From contig CAZXLQ010000002.1 of NCBI GenBank assembly GCA_964641945.1, positions 1 to 57,323 on the forward strand: a stretch of 57,323 nucleotides of DNA. The letters are read 5' to 3'. This DNA comes from an uncultured Clostridia bacterium (lineage in GTDB: Bacteria; Acidobacteriota; Blastocatellia; UBA7656; JADIYM01). How positions within the stretch are numbered: position 1 is the first letter of the stretch; each line of letters starts with the position of its first letter. Below the pieces are notes generated by a model, which made no database searches, was not told the DNA's origin, and saw only the letters and a list, made by a program, of their open reading frames with translations. A program made the translations under genes and the position numbers. Positions 17,938 to 25,864 of this stretch are shown here, one piece after another.

Positions 17938-18573
17938 TCAGAACCACCGGACGCCGGACGCGACGTCACTTCGTTTGACGACGATCGAATCGCCAGCGGT
18001 CGTAGACGGAAGCGAGATCGGGTGGCAGCCGCCCTTGCCACCCATTTCGGTAATCTCGGCGATGGCGAACGTCTTGCCACACTTGCGGCACTGCATGTGG
18101 TCGCCCTTCTGGACGTAGCCCTTCTTGGCCTCCGCGCAAACCTGGCATGCATCGAGCGCAACGTGTACGCGGCCCGCGGCGTCGCGCACGGCGAAGAACG
18201 GCACCTTCGTTCCGTTCATGTCGGCCGTGAAGAAGGCCGCCTCTGTCGTGATCCCGGCCGCGGGCACACGGACCACCTCACCGTCGAACGCAATCGGCTT
18301 GGCCGCCGACGCTGACGCCCCGGACGGAGCGCCGTTGTTACTCGCGACGCCTGTGGCACCGGTCGAGGGCGCCGCCGAGCCTCGGTCGACTCCCTCGCCT
18401 GAGTTGCCCCCTTTCGTGAAGAAGAACGCACCTGCAATCACGATGGCAACGGCGACGAACCCGACGAGGAGGGCGCTGCGGTTCCCTACTGACTTTGGCC
18501 GGGTTTCGTCGAAGCGGAGCCGCTTGCGATCTCGGTTCCCAACCGTGCTCTGGTCCGTGTTACTCATACTCAC
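17938..18573 (-). CDS. DUF2318-type membrane-anchored Cys-rich protein
   Basis: N-terminal TM helix (ALLVGFVAVAIVIAGAFFF). The extracytoplasmic domain carries CQVC...X17...CRKC plus GGCHP. The DUF2318 assignment is from memory of this architecture next to FtsX/ABC genes. Confidence 0.65.
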   Translation of the reverse strand: MSMSNTDQSTVGNRDRKRLRFDETRPKSVGNRSALLVGFVAVAIVIAGAFFFTKGGNSGEGVDRGSAAPSTGATGVASNNGAPSGASASAAKPIAFDGEVVRVPAAGITTEAAFFTADMNGTKVPFFAVRDAAGRVHVALDACQVCAEAKKGYVQKGDHMQCRKCGKTFAIAEITEMGGKGGCHPISLPSTTAGDSIVVKRSDVASGVRWF

Positions 18574-18638
18574 CTCTCACTTGACCGCGACCTCAAAGTG
18601 GTTCGTCAAACAGTGTAGCGCGCGAAGATAAAACCAAC

Positions 18639-18812
18639 TTAAACGTGTCGACGTGGCGCGGCGGACTCCAACACGTCCTCGGGGGCCGGGATGATCTCGG
18701 GCTCGAGCGCGTCGGCGACCTCGTGGACCGGTGCTGCATCGAGGTGCGAGTCCTCGGGCCAGATGAAGTTCTCGTCGTCAAGGGTCATCCTGCATGTCCC
18801 GCACTGTTTCAT
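18639..18812 (-). CDS. Possible 57-aa acidic CxxC protein translationally coupled to the GH57 gene
   Basis: Not in the ORF track (below 60 aa). Sequence is MKQCGTCRMTLDDENFIWPEDSHLDAAPVHEVADALEPEIIPAPEDVLESAAPRRHV. It has an ATGA overlap with the GH57 stop and a strong GC3 bias. Confidence 0.45.
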   Translation of the reverse strand: MKQCGTCRMTLDDENFIWPEDSHLDAAPVHEVADALEPEIIPAPEDVLESAAPRRHV

Positions 18813-21268
18813 GATGACTCCTCTCCTTGGGCAACGGCAGCGTTGCGTGTGACGTTCGAAGTGACCTGTCTCGCATCGTCGACACCTTCATCCTCGCGTT
18901 CGCTGGGGTATCGCGACGCCATCGAGTCGATCACGTCGGCGGCGGGTCGCGCACCCGCGTCGCGAGGCGACTCGCGAGCGGAGTCCGCGTCGCCGACACG
19001 CACCCGCGTCACGCGCGCTTGGCAGCAAGAGTGCGTCTTCGTGCAGCCCTCGTGCTGGCATTCGAACATGAACTCGAGGAGGCTGGCCTCCGCTCCGAAG
19101 GGCCCGAGCACGAAAGAGTATCGACCCCTGCCCGCCATTACGCCGCCTTCGGGCGCGAGGTCCGCGCTCTCGGGTGCCGTGCCGTCGATCATCCAGCTGA
19201 GCCTCCCCGGGCAGTGCGTGCGGATCGTCAGGCGGTCGCGCGGTCCGACGCCGGCGACGGGCCGGCTGTGGGTCCAGACGACCGTGTGCAGCGCGATGTG
19301 CTCGTCGAGACGGCGCGGTGCGGCGGCGCCGAGCGACGCGTAGATCGCTTTCAGATGGCCCCGGTACACCTCGTCGAAGACCTCGTCGCGCCCCGAGTTC
19401 TGATCGTCGCCGTACCACCAGAACCAGTCGCTGCCCTCGGCCATGTAGGCCGAAAGGTAGGCCGACGGCGCGTCGGCCGGGGTCGCGCCGCTTGCGGCGA
19501 GAAACCGCCGCGCTTCGGCCAGGAGCCGCCACGCGCGGTTCTCCTCGTCCTCGCCGATCCACGTTCCGAGGTCGACGCCGGGCCGCGACCCCGCTTCGTC
19601 GATCCACGACCCGGTGAACAGGTCGTAGATTGCGGGCATCCGGTCGATCGGATGCGGCGCGACGCGGCGCAGAGCGTTGCCGCGGATGTACTCGCCGAAC
19701 GTCACGGTCCGCAGCTCGGGATCCCGCTCGAGCAGGTAGTACAGGGCCCGCAGGAACGGCCTGGCGTCCTCGCGGTACGACCCCCACGCGTTCTCGCCGT
19801 CGAGCGCGATCGCGAGGACTCGGTCGCCGGTGTCGCCGACCCGACGAGCGAAGCGCCCCTTCACGTCCGCGACGAATGCGCGAGCGGCGGCTTCGGGATC
19901 GTCGTACCGCCGAAAGTGGAATCCGATCGCGTCCGAGAGCCACGTGTCGCGGAAGTACACACACGGTCGCTCGAGATCGAAGGGGCGGTAGGGCTGGCAC
20001 AAGACGTCCGGAAGGTCGGCGTCGTATCCCCACCGGCCCGACCGCGCCAGGACGCCCTTGTCGGACGCCACCCACTCAATCCCATTTTCTTCGAACAGTG
20101 GAAGGACATCGTGCCCAACCGCGCCCTCCGCGGGCCACATGCCGGTCGGCCGCCGACCGAAGGCCCCCTCGTACCATTCGACGGCGAGCCGCACCTGTGC
20201 CGCCGCGTCTTCGGGGTAGTGGAACCGCAGAGGCAGTTTGGTACCCGGTCTATCCAGGGTCGCCCGATCCGTATCGACCAGCAACGGGAGGATGGGGTGG
20301 AAGAACGGCGTCGTCGAGATCTCGATCTGCCCGCAGTCCTGGAGGTAGCGGTGTAACGGGATGATGGCCTCCATGATCTTGTACTGCTCTTCGACCATCT
20401 CGTCGAGTTCGCTCGTCGTGAAGCCGCGCCCCTGCTCGACGAATCGCCGCACGCTTGCCGTCTCGCCCGTCGCGAGGTGGACGACGCCGTCGCGGAACTC
20501 CTTACCGAACCAGGCGAGGTTGAACCACATCTGCAGGTCGCGCACATCCTGCGCGTCGAAGGCCGCTCCTTCGTGCCGCTGCGCGAACAGCTCCGCGTAG
20601 CGCTCGTGGCCGAGGATCTGGTTGTGCCAGTCGGCGTCGAAGAAGCTCGACAACACGGCTTCACGCTCGGCGTCGTCGAGGAGTTCAGCCGGCTTGAGCG
20701 TGAGGTCGAGGGCACGGTCGGTGGCGCCTCGCTCGACGTAGTCCTCGATCTGCCACGCGAGAGCGGGCGTCAGGTTGATCGTTAGATGCAGATCGGGGTG
20801 CGCCGCGACGAGGTGCGCCATCGAGTAGTAGTCGCGTATCGCGTGTAGCCGGACCCACGGCAGCGCGTAGCTCCCATCCTGAACCGGGTGAAGCTCGTTT
20901 TTGTAAACCGGCTGGTGGTGGTGCCAGAGCATCGCGACGAAGAGCTTCGGCCCGACACGAAACGAGAAGTCCTCGGTCGCCGCGTCGCCGTCGTCGCCGC
21001 GCGCCCGGATGCGGTAGGTCACGTCGTCGCCATCGGCGAATGGCCCGAGGGTCGCAGACCAATAACTGTTCTCGCCGCGATTCTCTCGCCATCCGCATGG
21101 CGCGATGTCGGATCGCAGCCCGCCGTCCGTGCCGCGAACCCTCACCTCCACCCATACCCTTTGCCTCGGCGCGACGGGCCACGTGCCCGCTTGCATGGTC
21201 GCCCTCTCGCCCGCGCTGACCCGCCGCGGCTCTCGCTGAGCATCTGGTGTCGAGTGCCAGACATGCAT
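18809..21268 (-). CDS. Glycoside hydrolase family 57 protein with N- and C-terminal extensions
   Basis: 819 aa. The GH57 core motifs are MLWHHHQPVY..., PWVRLHAIRDYY and TINLTPAL. GGAGGG RBS. It has a ~110-aa N-terminal beta-rich domain and a long C-terminal region. Confidence 0.8.
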   Translation of the reverse strand: MHVWHSTPDAQREPRRVSAGERATMQAGTWPVAPRQRVWVEVRVRGTDGGLRSDIAPCGWRENRGENSYWSATLGPFADGDDVTYRIRARGDDGDAATEDFSFRVGPKLFVAMLWHHHQPVYKNELHPVQDGSYALPWVRLHAIRDYYSMAHLVAAHPDLHLTINLTPALAWQIEDYVERGATDRALDLTLKPAELLDDAEREAVLSSFFDADWHNQILGHERYAELFAQRHEGAAFDAQDVRDLQMWFNLAWFGKEFRDGVVHLATGETASVRRFVEQGRGFTTSELDEMVEEQYKIMEAIIPLHRYLQDCGQIEISTTPFFHPILPLLVDTDRATLDRPGTKLPLRFHYPEDAAAQVRLAVEWYEGAFGRRPTGMWPAEGAVGHDVLPLFEENGIEWVASDKGVLARSGRWGYDADLPDVLCQPYRPFDLERPCVYFRDTWLSDAIGFHFRRYDDPEAAARAFVADVKGRFARRVGDTGDRVLAIALDGENAWGSYREDARPFLRALYYLLERDPELRTVTFGEYIRGNALRRVAPHPIDRMPAIYDLFTGSWIDEAGSRPGVDLGTWIGEDEENRAWRLLAEARRFLAASGATPADAPSAYLSAYMAEGSDWFWWYGDDQNSGRDEVFDEVYRGHLKAIYASLGAAAPRRLDEHIALHTVVWTHSRPVAGVGPRDRLTIRTHCPGRLSWMIDGTAPESADLAPEGGVMAGRGRYSFVLGPFGAEASLLEFMFECQHEGCTKTHSCCQARVTRVRVGDADSARESPRDAGARPAADVIDSMASRYPSEREDEGVDDARQVTSNVTRNAAVAQGEESS

Positions 21269-21283
21269 CGACTGTCCCTCCTC

Positions 21284-21427
21284 TCAGACTCCGAGACTTC
21301 GGCGATTCCACGACGGCATGGGCCTCGTGACCGGCCAACAGATAGATCGACCCGCCGCGACGAGCACGCTGAGCGCGATCGTGCTCCAGGCCGTCGATCC
21401 GATATGCTGTTTGCTGTTTTCCACCAT
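21284..21427 (-). CDS. Possible 47-aa single-TM leader ORF upstream of GH57
   Basis: Sequence is MVENSKQHIGSTAWSTIALSVLVAAGRSICWPVTRPMPSWNRRSLGV. It has GC3 bias, ends inside the GH57 RBS region, and begins ~83 nt downstream of sigma54 promoter P6. The RBS is weak. Confidence 0.3.
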   Translation of the reverse strand: MVENSKQHIGSTAWSTIALSVLVAAGRSICWPVTRPMPSWNRRSLGV

Positions 21428-21509
21428 GACCGTACCTTTGCGGTGGCGAGCCTAAAGCGACCGGCGGTGTGAATCCGGGCCGCGGGGTCGCTCTCGCCGT
21501 ACAGAGTGG

Positions 21510-21524
21510 GCAACTGGCGTGCCG
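21510..21524 (-). promoter_or_regulatory. Sigma54 promoter P6 (GGCACG-CCAG-TTGCC) upstream of the GH57 cluster
   Basis: The minus strand reads GCCGGCACGCCAGTTGCCC, an exact GGCACG-N4-TTGC match. It is intergenic and correctly oriented. Confidence 0.65.
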
Positions 21525-21666
21525 GCGCGCGGCCCGGCGACATCGCGCGAGCATCAGGGGCGCAAACCTTGATGAGCAGGGCGCCACGGGCGGCCTCGTC
21601 CAGATGCCGCGAGGCGCGATCCCAATCCGGGGTGCGGAAAACCGCGCTCCCCGCCGCGAACTATTC

Positions 21667-21720
21667 CGTAAGTTTATATTCTATTTAGATTTACGAGTTT
21701 ATCTTGTGTTTATGTTCGTC
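21667..21720. repeat. AT-rich block with four phased (G/A)TTTA(T/G) boxes (copy A)
   Basis: Sequence is CGTAAGTTTATATTCTATTTAGATTTACGAGTTTATCTTGTGTTTATGTTCGTC, with box spacing 11-14-11. By hand alignment, 46 of 54 positions are identical to the reverse complement of 43712-43765. Confidence 0.6.
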
Positions 21721-21869
21721 TGACGCTCTTGTTATCCGACGCTGGCTTTGACGGACTCAGCGTGCCACTTGTCGCGACGCCAATTGAGCGTTGGCGGAGC
21801 AGCGTTCGGCCCGGAGGCCCGAAGCAGGCGGCTTTCTCGTTTCACAGACGAGAGGCCAAATCCAGATCG

Positions 21870-21885
21870 CGGTACGGCGATTGCC
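21870..21885 (+). promoter_or_regulatory. Sigma54-like promoter retained in the OMF relic (CGGTACG-GCGA-TTGCC), pointing at the LTXXQ gene
   Basis: Correct GG-N10-GC spacing. It is identical in core to the element upstream of OMF 2 (43539-43554). Confidence 0.4.
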
Positions 21886-22127
21886 GAAGAAACGTCGTAC
21901 GCATGTCGATCGCGATCTCGGGGGCGCGCCCCCCAACTGCTTCTTGATGACGTCATCGCGGAGGCACTCGAGCACAACCCGGTGCGAGAACTCTTCAGTC
22001 CCAGAACGGCCAGCAATGCCGAGGAATAACTGATTTAGGAACAGTTATCGTGAATTTAACAACTGCGATGGGATCAATGTACAGAAGGGCGCAAATCATT
22101 CGATCTTGGCAGCGGGCGCGACGGCCG

Positions 22128-22143
22128 TGGCGCTTTACTTGCT
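22128..22143 (+). promoter_or_regulatory. Weaker sigma54-like promoter P3 (TGGCGCT-TTAC-TTGCT) upstream of the LTXXQ gene
   Basis: Correct GG-N10-GC spacing with TGGC and TTGCT. It lies 117 nt upstream of the ATG at 22260 and has two mismatches in the -24 half. Confidence 0.35.
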
Positions 22144-22259
22144 CTTCCGAATGGCGTCTCCGATCCATTGCCTTGTCGTTGTCGGGATGCGCGAGCACGT
22201 TATGTTCGATGTTCCCGCAATCAACAACAGAATAGCCAATGCCCGATAGGAGGTTTGTC

Positions 22260-22799
22260 ATGGAAATCACCGTGTTCCGACGATCCATCGCGACGGTGCT
22301 GCTCGCGATGCTCGTGCCAGCGGCTGTCGTGGCGCAGCACGACAAGCGACCGCCGGCGGCACGCGGAAAGAGCACCTTTCTCGGAGACGGCATGGGTACG
22401 ATCACCCCGAGCCTCATGGAGGTCGCGACGAAAACGAACCTCTTTCTCGCGATCGCCGACCAGATCAGTTTGACCGAGGCGCAGCGCCGCGAGATCACCG
22501 ACATCGTATTTCGATTGCAGCGCGACGCCGGTGAGACGAGGGGCGACCTCGGCGTGGCGCAAGCGGAGTTTCAGCGTATGCTCGGCCGCGACCGAATCGA
22601 CCTCGAGGCGCTCCGAACCAATCTCGCTCAGGTCCGTGCGCTCGAGACCGACCTCGAGTTCCTCACCTTCGAGGCGTTGCTGCGGGCGATCGGCGTCCTG
22701 ACGCACGAGCAGCACCTCCGCGTCATCGGCCTCGCGACGATGCCAGGTCGCGCACAGGCCGCCGCCCCCGTGCGGCCTGGCCCGGACGAATTCCGCTAG
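22260..22799 (+). CDS. LTXXQ-motif periplasmic protein (Spy/CpxP/ZraP family)
   Basis: Start at MEITVFRRSIATVLLAMLVPAAVVAQ, preceded by TAGGAGG. Two LTXXQ motifs are present (SLTEAQRREI and VLTHEQHLRV) in a helical, charged sequence. Confidence 0.75.
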   Translation: MEITVFRRSIATVLLAMLVPAAVVAQHDKRPPAARGKSTFLGDGMGTITPSLMEVATKTNLFLAIADQISLTEAQRREITDIVFRLQRDAGETRGDLGVAQAEFQRMLGRDRIDLEALRTNLAQVRALETDLEFLTFEALLRAIGVLTHEQHLRVIGLATMPGRAQAAAPVRPGPDEFR

Positions 22800-22910
22800 G
22801 ACTCGCGCTCCGGCAGGACTCGTAGCTGTACGCAGAGGCGCGAGCGTCGACGGCAGCGGCGAGCGGGAGTCGCACGCCGACGGCGATGTCCGGACGGGCA
22901 CATTGTCGGG

Positions 22911-22980
22911 GGAGTGCAAGGGCAAGGAACGGACGAGGACGGGTCAACAGTTCTCGCCAATCCGTCGTCGTGTCCACGAT
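22911..22980. repeat. 70-bp direct duplicate of an internal MFS-gene segment
   Basis: About 64 of 70 positions match 24433-24502 by hand alignment (the region encoding DTTTDWR.LL.R.RP.LALAL). It abuts the transposase fragment. Confidence 0.7.
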
Positions 22981-23330
22981 AGGCGCGCTGCGCCTCCTCG
23001 GTCATCTGCCAGTCGCTGATTCGCTTGAGCTGCTTATAGGCAACACCCTGCGTGATCTGGGCCATCGTGTGCAGGCCGATGTTGCAGCCGTGCGCCAACG
23101 TTGCTGCCAGGATCATGCACACGTCTTCGGAATCCCGTCCTCCTCGCTGGGCCGGAGACAGGAAGTGATCGGTGAAGCGCAAGTCGTTATCGACCTCGAT
23201 GAGCAGGTCCGGAAGCCGGCTCGTGCGCATCTGCCTGGTCAGCCATCGTTTCAGGTCGCCCAGCCGTGTTTGCGCCGCTTCGTCCAACGTCTCGGTGGCG
23301 TCGGTGGACAGGCGCCATCTGCCTTTGTCC
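22981..23330 (-). mobile_element. Internal fragment (~116 aa) of a Tn3-family transposase
   Basis: Sequence is ...RLPDLLIEVDNDLRFTDHFL...DSEDVCMILAATLAHGCNIGLHTMAQITQGVAYKQLKRISDWQMTEEAQRA. This resembles the central DDE_Tnp_Tn3 region. It is truncated at both ends by unrelated sequence, and no terminal inverted repeats were recognised. Confidence 0.6.
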
Positions 23331-23748
23331 ACCGATGAGCGACAGCTTTCCAGGCCACATCATTTCCTGCTGTGACGGTGACGATGCGGCGGCTCGACGG
23401 GTCGCCGTTCTGGACGTCGAAGGGGACGATGCTCCCCATCGAGTCGACCTCGAACATCGGCTGAGGCCAGGCTTTCGCTTGCGGAGTGCGAGCCTGCATT
23501 GCATCGAAGCTGCGAGCCATGGCCGCGATCGCGGGGTTGTGCTCGAGCGCGTCATCCACCAGCTCGCGGAGCACCGCGACGGAGTGTGCGGGCACGGAGC
23601 GCTCCGGCACCGGTGCGGCGATATTGATCGAGGGGCGCGGCGCAGGAAGCTCTGCCGAGCTCGACGGCTGCGCCTGCCCGTAAGCGCTCGTGCCGGGAAG
23701 CGTGAGCACGATGAGTACGAGAGCCCTCAACGCCTTCTTCGTATGCAT
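23331..23748 (-). pseudogene. 5'-truncated copy of an OMF gene (N-terminal ~135 aa), interrupted by the transposase fragment
   Basis: GGAGGA RBS and signal peptide MHTKKALRALVLIVLTLPGTSAYGQ. The segment VDDALEHNPAIAAMARSFDAMQARTPQAKAWPQPMFEVDSMGSIVPFDVQNGDPSSRRIVTVT is about 80% identical to OMF 2. A frameshift follows, then QEMMWPGKLSLIG, and homology ends. Confidence 0.7.
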
Positions 23749-23902
23749 GGCATGTCCTCCGGGTTCCTGGGGCCAGGCCGTTCTTCGCTCGAGCCGACGG
23801 CAACTGCCGTGCCAGTCAACGTGGATTCGTGGGCAGTCATCGGTCGGCGCAGTCACGGATTCCCTCGCGAGTTGACGTCCGCTGTTGCGGTCGTTTTCTT
23901 CA

Positions 23903-25138
23903 TCAAGCGAGTCTGGCCTCGCGAGCCCGATCCAGCACGTTCCAGGCGACCATCAATGCGAGCGCGACCAGCAACGCACCACTGAGCAAATACGGCGCGT
24001 CGACATGCCAGATGAAGAGCATACCGCCCAGGAGGGGTCCGATCGCCTGTCCGAGACTGTTGGCGGCGTTCTGAATACCGAGCGACGCCCCGGTACTTCC
24101 TTCTCCGCCGCGCGTCGAGATGAGGGCCGCCAGATTCGGCGCGATGAAAGCCATCCCGAATGCGAGCAATGCGACAAAGGCGAAGACAAAGAACGATGTC
24201 CGAGCTGTCGCAAGCAACGCGATGCCGGTACCCATCAAGGCAAAGCCAATGCCAATCTGGAGCATCTCGCCAACTCGTCCGGCAAGGAATCCAACAGCGC
24301 CTGCCTGAAAGACGGTCATCACCAGGCCGCACACGACAAAGATGTATCCGACCTCGACGGGTCCGAAATCGAACTTCGCCTTCGCGTAGAGCGCGATCGT
24401 CCCCTCGAACATCGTCAGGGCAAGTTGTCCGGCGAGTGCAAGGGCAAGGAGCGGACGAAGACGGATTAACAGTCCTCGCCAATCCGTCGTCGTGTCCACG
24501 ATCGGCTCATCCGCCGGTCCTGCTGGCCTGGACTCCGGCAGCCAGCGCAATGCCGCAAACAGCGTCACAAGACCTAACACCGCTGCCGCAAAAAACGGAA
24601 TCGAAAAGGCGTCAAACGTTAAGTGGCCGATGCTCCATCGCAAATGAATCTCACTGCGAGACAGCAATCCGCCAAGTGCTGGTCCGACAACGACGCCGAG
24701 ACTCACCGCCGTGCCGAGCCACGCCATTCCGCGACTTCGCTGCTCTGGCGTCGTCATATCGGCAACGTAGGCCGCAGAAACCGGCAATGTCGCCGACGAC
24801 AATACTCCTCCGACGATTCGCGCTGCGTACAAGAGCCACAGCGACGTGGACAAACCGAACATCACTTGCGCCACAACGTAGCCCGCGATGCCAATGAGAA
24901 TCAGCGGTCTCCTGCCGATGCGATCCGACCAGCGTCCCCACAAAGGTGCGAAGACGAGTTGAGCGAGCGCGTACACACCAGTCAAAAGGCCGACGTGCAT
25001 CACCATTGACTGTTGCGTCGATCCCTCTTCCAACGCGAGGCGCTCCACGTAGAAGGGCAGCACGGGCATCGTAATGCCCAGGCCGATCATGACGACGAAC
25101 AGGCAGGCGAGAAGTACGAAGAGGTGCTTGTTGATCAC
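23903..25138 (-). CDS. MFS transporter (DHA1/tetracycline-efflux-like, 12 TM)
   Basis: 411 aa. Motif A-like sequence is GRWSDRIGRRPLILIG. The hydropathy pattern is typical of the family. Confidence 0.85.
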   Translation of the reverse strand: MINKHLFVLLACLFVVMIGLGITMPVLPFYVERLALEEGSTQQSMVMHVGLLTGVYALAQLVFAPLWGRWSDRIGRRPLILIGIAGYVVAQVMFGLSTSLWLLYAARIVGGVLSSATLPVSAAYVADMTTPEQRSRGMAWLGTAVSLGVVVGPALGGLLSRSEIHLRWSIGHLTFDAFSIPFFAAAVLGLVTLFAALRWLPESRPAGPADEPIVDTTTDWRGLLIRLRPLLALALAGQLALTMFEGTIALYAKAKFDFGPVEVGYIFVVCGLVMTVFQAGAVGFLAGRVGEMLQIGIGFALMGTGIALLATARTSFFVFAFVALLAFGMAFIAPNLAALISTRGGEGSTGASLGIQNAANSLGQAIGPLLGGMLFIWHVDAPYLLSGALLVALALMVAWNVLDRAREARLA

Positions 25139-25265
25139 GCCGAGGTCCTTCCGTGCGATGCGCTACAGGCGGTGACACGCACGGGCCGAGTCGCATCAGG
25201 CTCGCGACACCTGAGGACCGTTGGCGCGTTGCTTCTTGTCCAATTGCCGGCAAGGGGCTGTGGAC

Positions 25266-25280
25266 GCAACCCTCGTGCCG
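25266..25280 (-). promoter_or_regulatory. Sigma54 promoter P5 (GGCACG-AGGG-TTGCG) for the MFS transporter
   Basis: The minus strand reads CGGCACGAGGGTTGCGTC, an exact GGCACG-N4-TTGC match ~125 nt upstream of the ATG at 25138. Confidence 0.7.
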
Positions 25281-25352
25281 ACAAACGACGTCCTGAAATC
25301 CCGCTTTTCGTGCGTACTTTCTCGGACGAAGCGGAGCATCGCCCCACGAAAT

Positions 25353-25366
25353 GTCTGTCTTCAGAC
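25353..25366. promoter_or_regulatory. GTCTG-N4-CAGAC inverted repeat; candidate UAS for P5
   Basis: Sequence is GTCTGTCTTCAGAC, 73-86 bp upstream of the P5 -24 element. The same 5-4-5 element (GTCTGGTTTCAGAC) lies 100-113 bp upstream of P1. Confidence 0.4.
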
Positions 25367-25864
25367 ACGTCGATGTCTGCAGAGCCGTGATTCCCTGTCA
25401 TGGCAGCGACAGGGCCAACAGCGAGGAGCAGGCGACCGTCGCTGGAGACCTGCACGTTGTAGGGAGAGATGGACGTCGCAATCGATTTGACCTGACCGGT
25501 GCTGAGATCAATCACGGTGATGGAGTTGCCCCGCCCGTCGGCCGTAAACGCGAAACCCGCCCCCGGCAAAACCTCCGACGAGGCGGCGGCGGAAGACCCA
25601 TTGGAGTTGCCTGTTCGCTCCTGGTGAACGGCAGCTGGCCGTGAACAGGCGGCTACGAGAACAAACAGGGCCGTGAGTAATGCAGGCCAGGCGAATTTGT
25701 TCATTGAAAAGTCCCCCTTTTCGGAGATCCGAGTTGCCCGGAACCGTCTCTCCGGAGCGGGCAATCGGTGTCTCGAGTCGCTCACCAGTTGCGATCTCGG
25801 ACAGGCACATCGAATCGACAGAGACACGGCCAGCCGCACGCCAGTCGCTCTCCTTCCGTTCATC

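Larger units (their letters stand above)
21653..21981 (+). pseudogene. Relic of a paralogous OMF gene: promoter, leader and a short mature N-terminal stretch only
   Basis: Aligns in inverted orientation with 43259-43768, the upstream region plus 5' end of OMF 2. Conserved blocks include the AT-rich box block, CGGTACGGCGATTGC and PQLLLD.VIAEALEHNP. About 180 bp carrying the RBS, start codon and signal peptide is missing, and homology stops after EALEHNP. Confidence 0.6.
25135..25704 (-). pseudogene. Truncated YVTN-type beta-propeller lipoprotein gene; only the first ~105 aa are recognisable
   Basis: Lipobox MNKFAWPALLTALFVLVAACS, then FAFTADGRGNSITVIDLSTGQVKSIATSISPYNVQVSSDGRLLLAV. The remaining ~85 codons are Arg-rich, contain sigma54 promoter P5 and a palindrome, and so look non-coding. 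Confidence 0.45.

Noticed and set aside
18622-18636. TGGTTTTATCTTCGC (minus strand) upstream of the DUF2318-ABC cluster as a sigma54 promoter.
   Set aside because: Only the GG-N10-GC spacing fits. Both half-sites deviate (TGGT and TCGC), which is too weak to call.
21718-21728. GTCTGACGCTC, an 11-nt match to the start of the classical Tn3 terminal inverted repeat, lying near a Tn3 transposase fragment.
   Set aside because: There is no GGGG prefix or TAAG end. The paralogous copy at 43705-43715 reads GTCTGGCATTC, and homology between the two copies continues on both sides, so this is inherited promoter-leader sequence rather than a transposon end.
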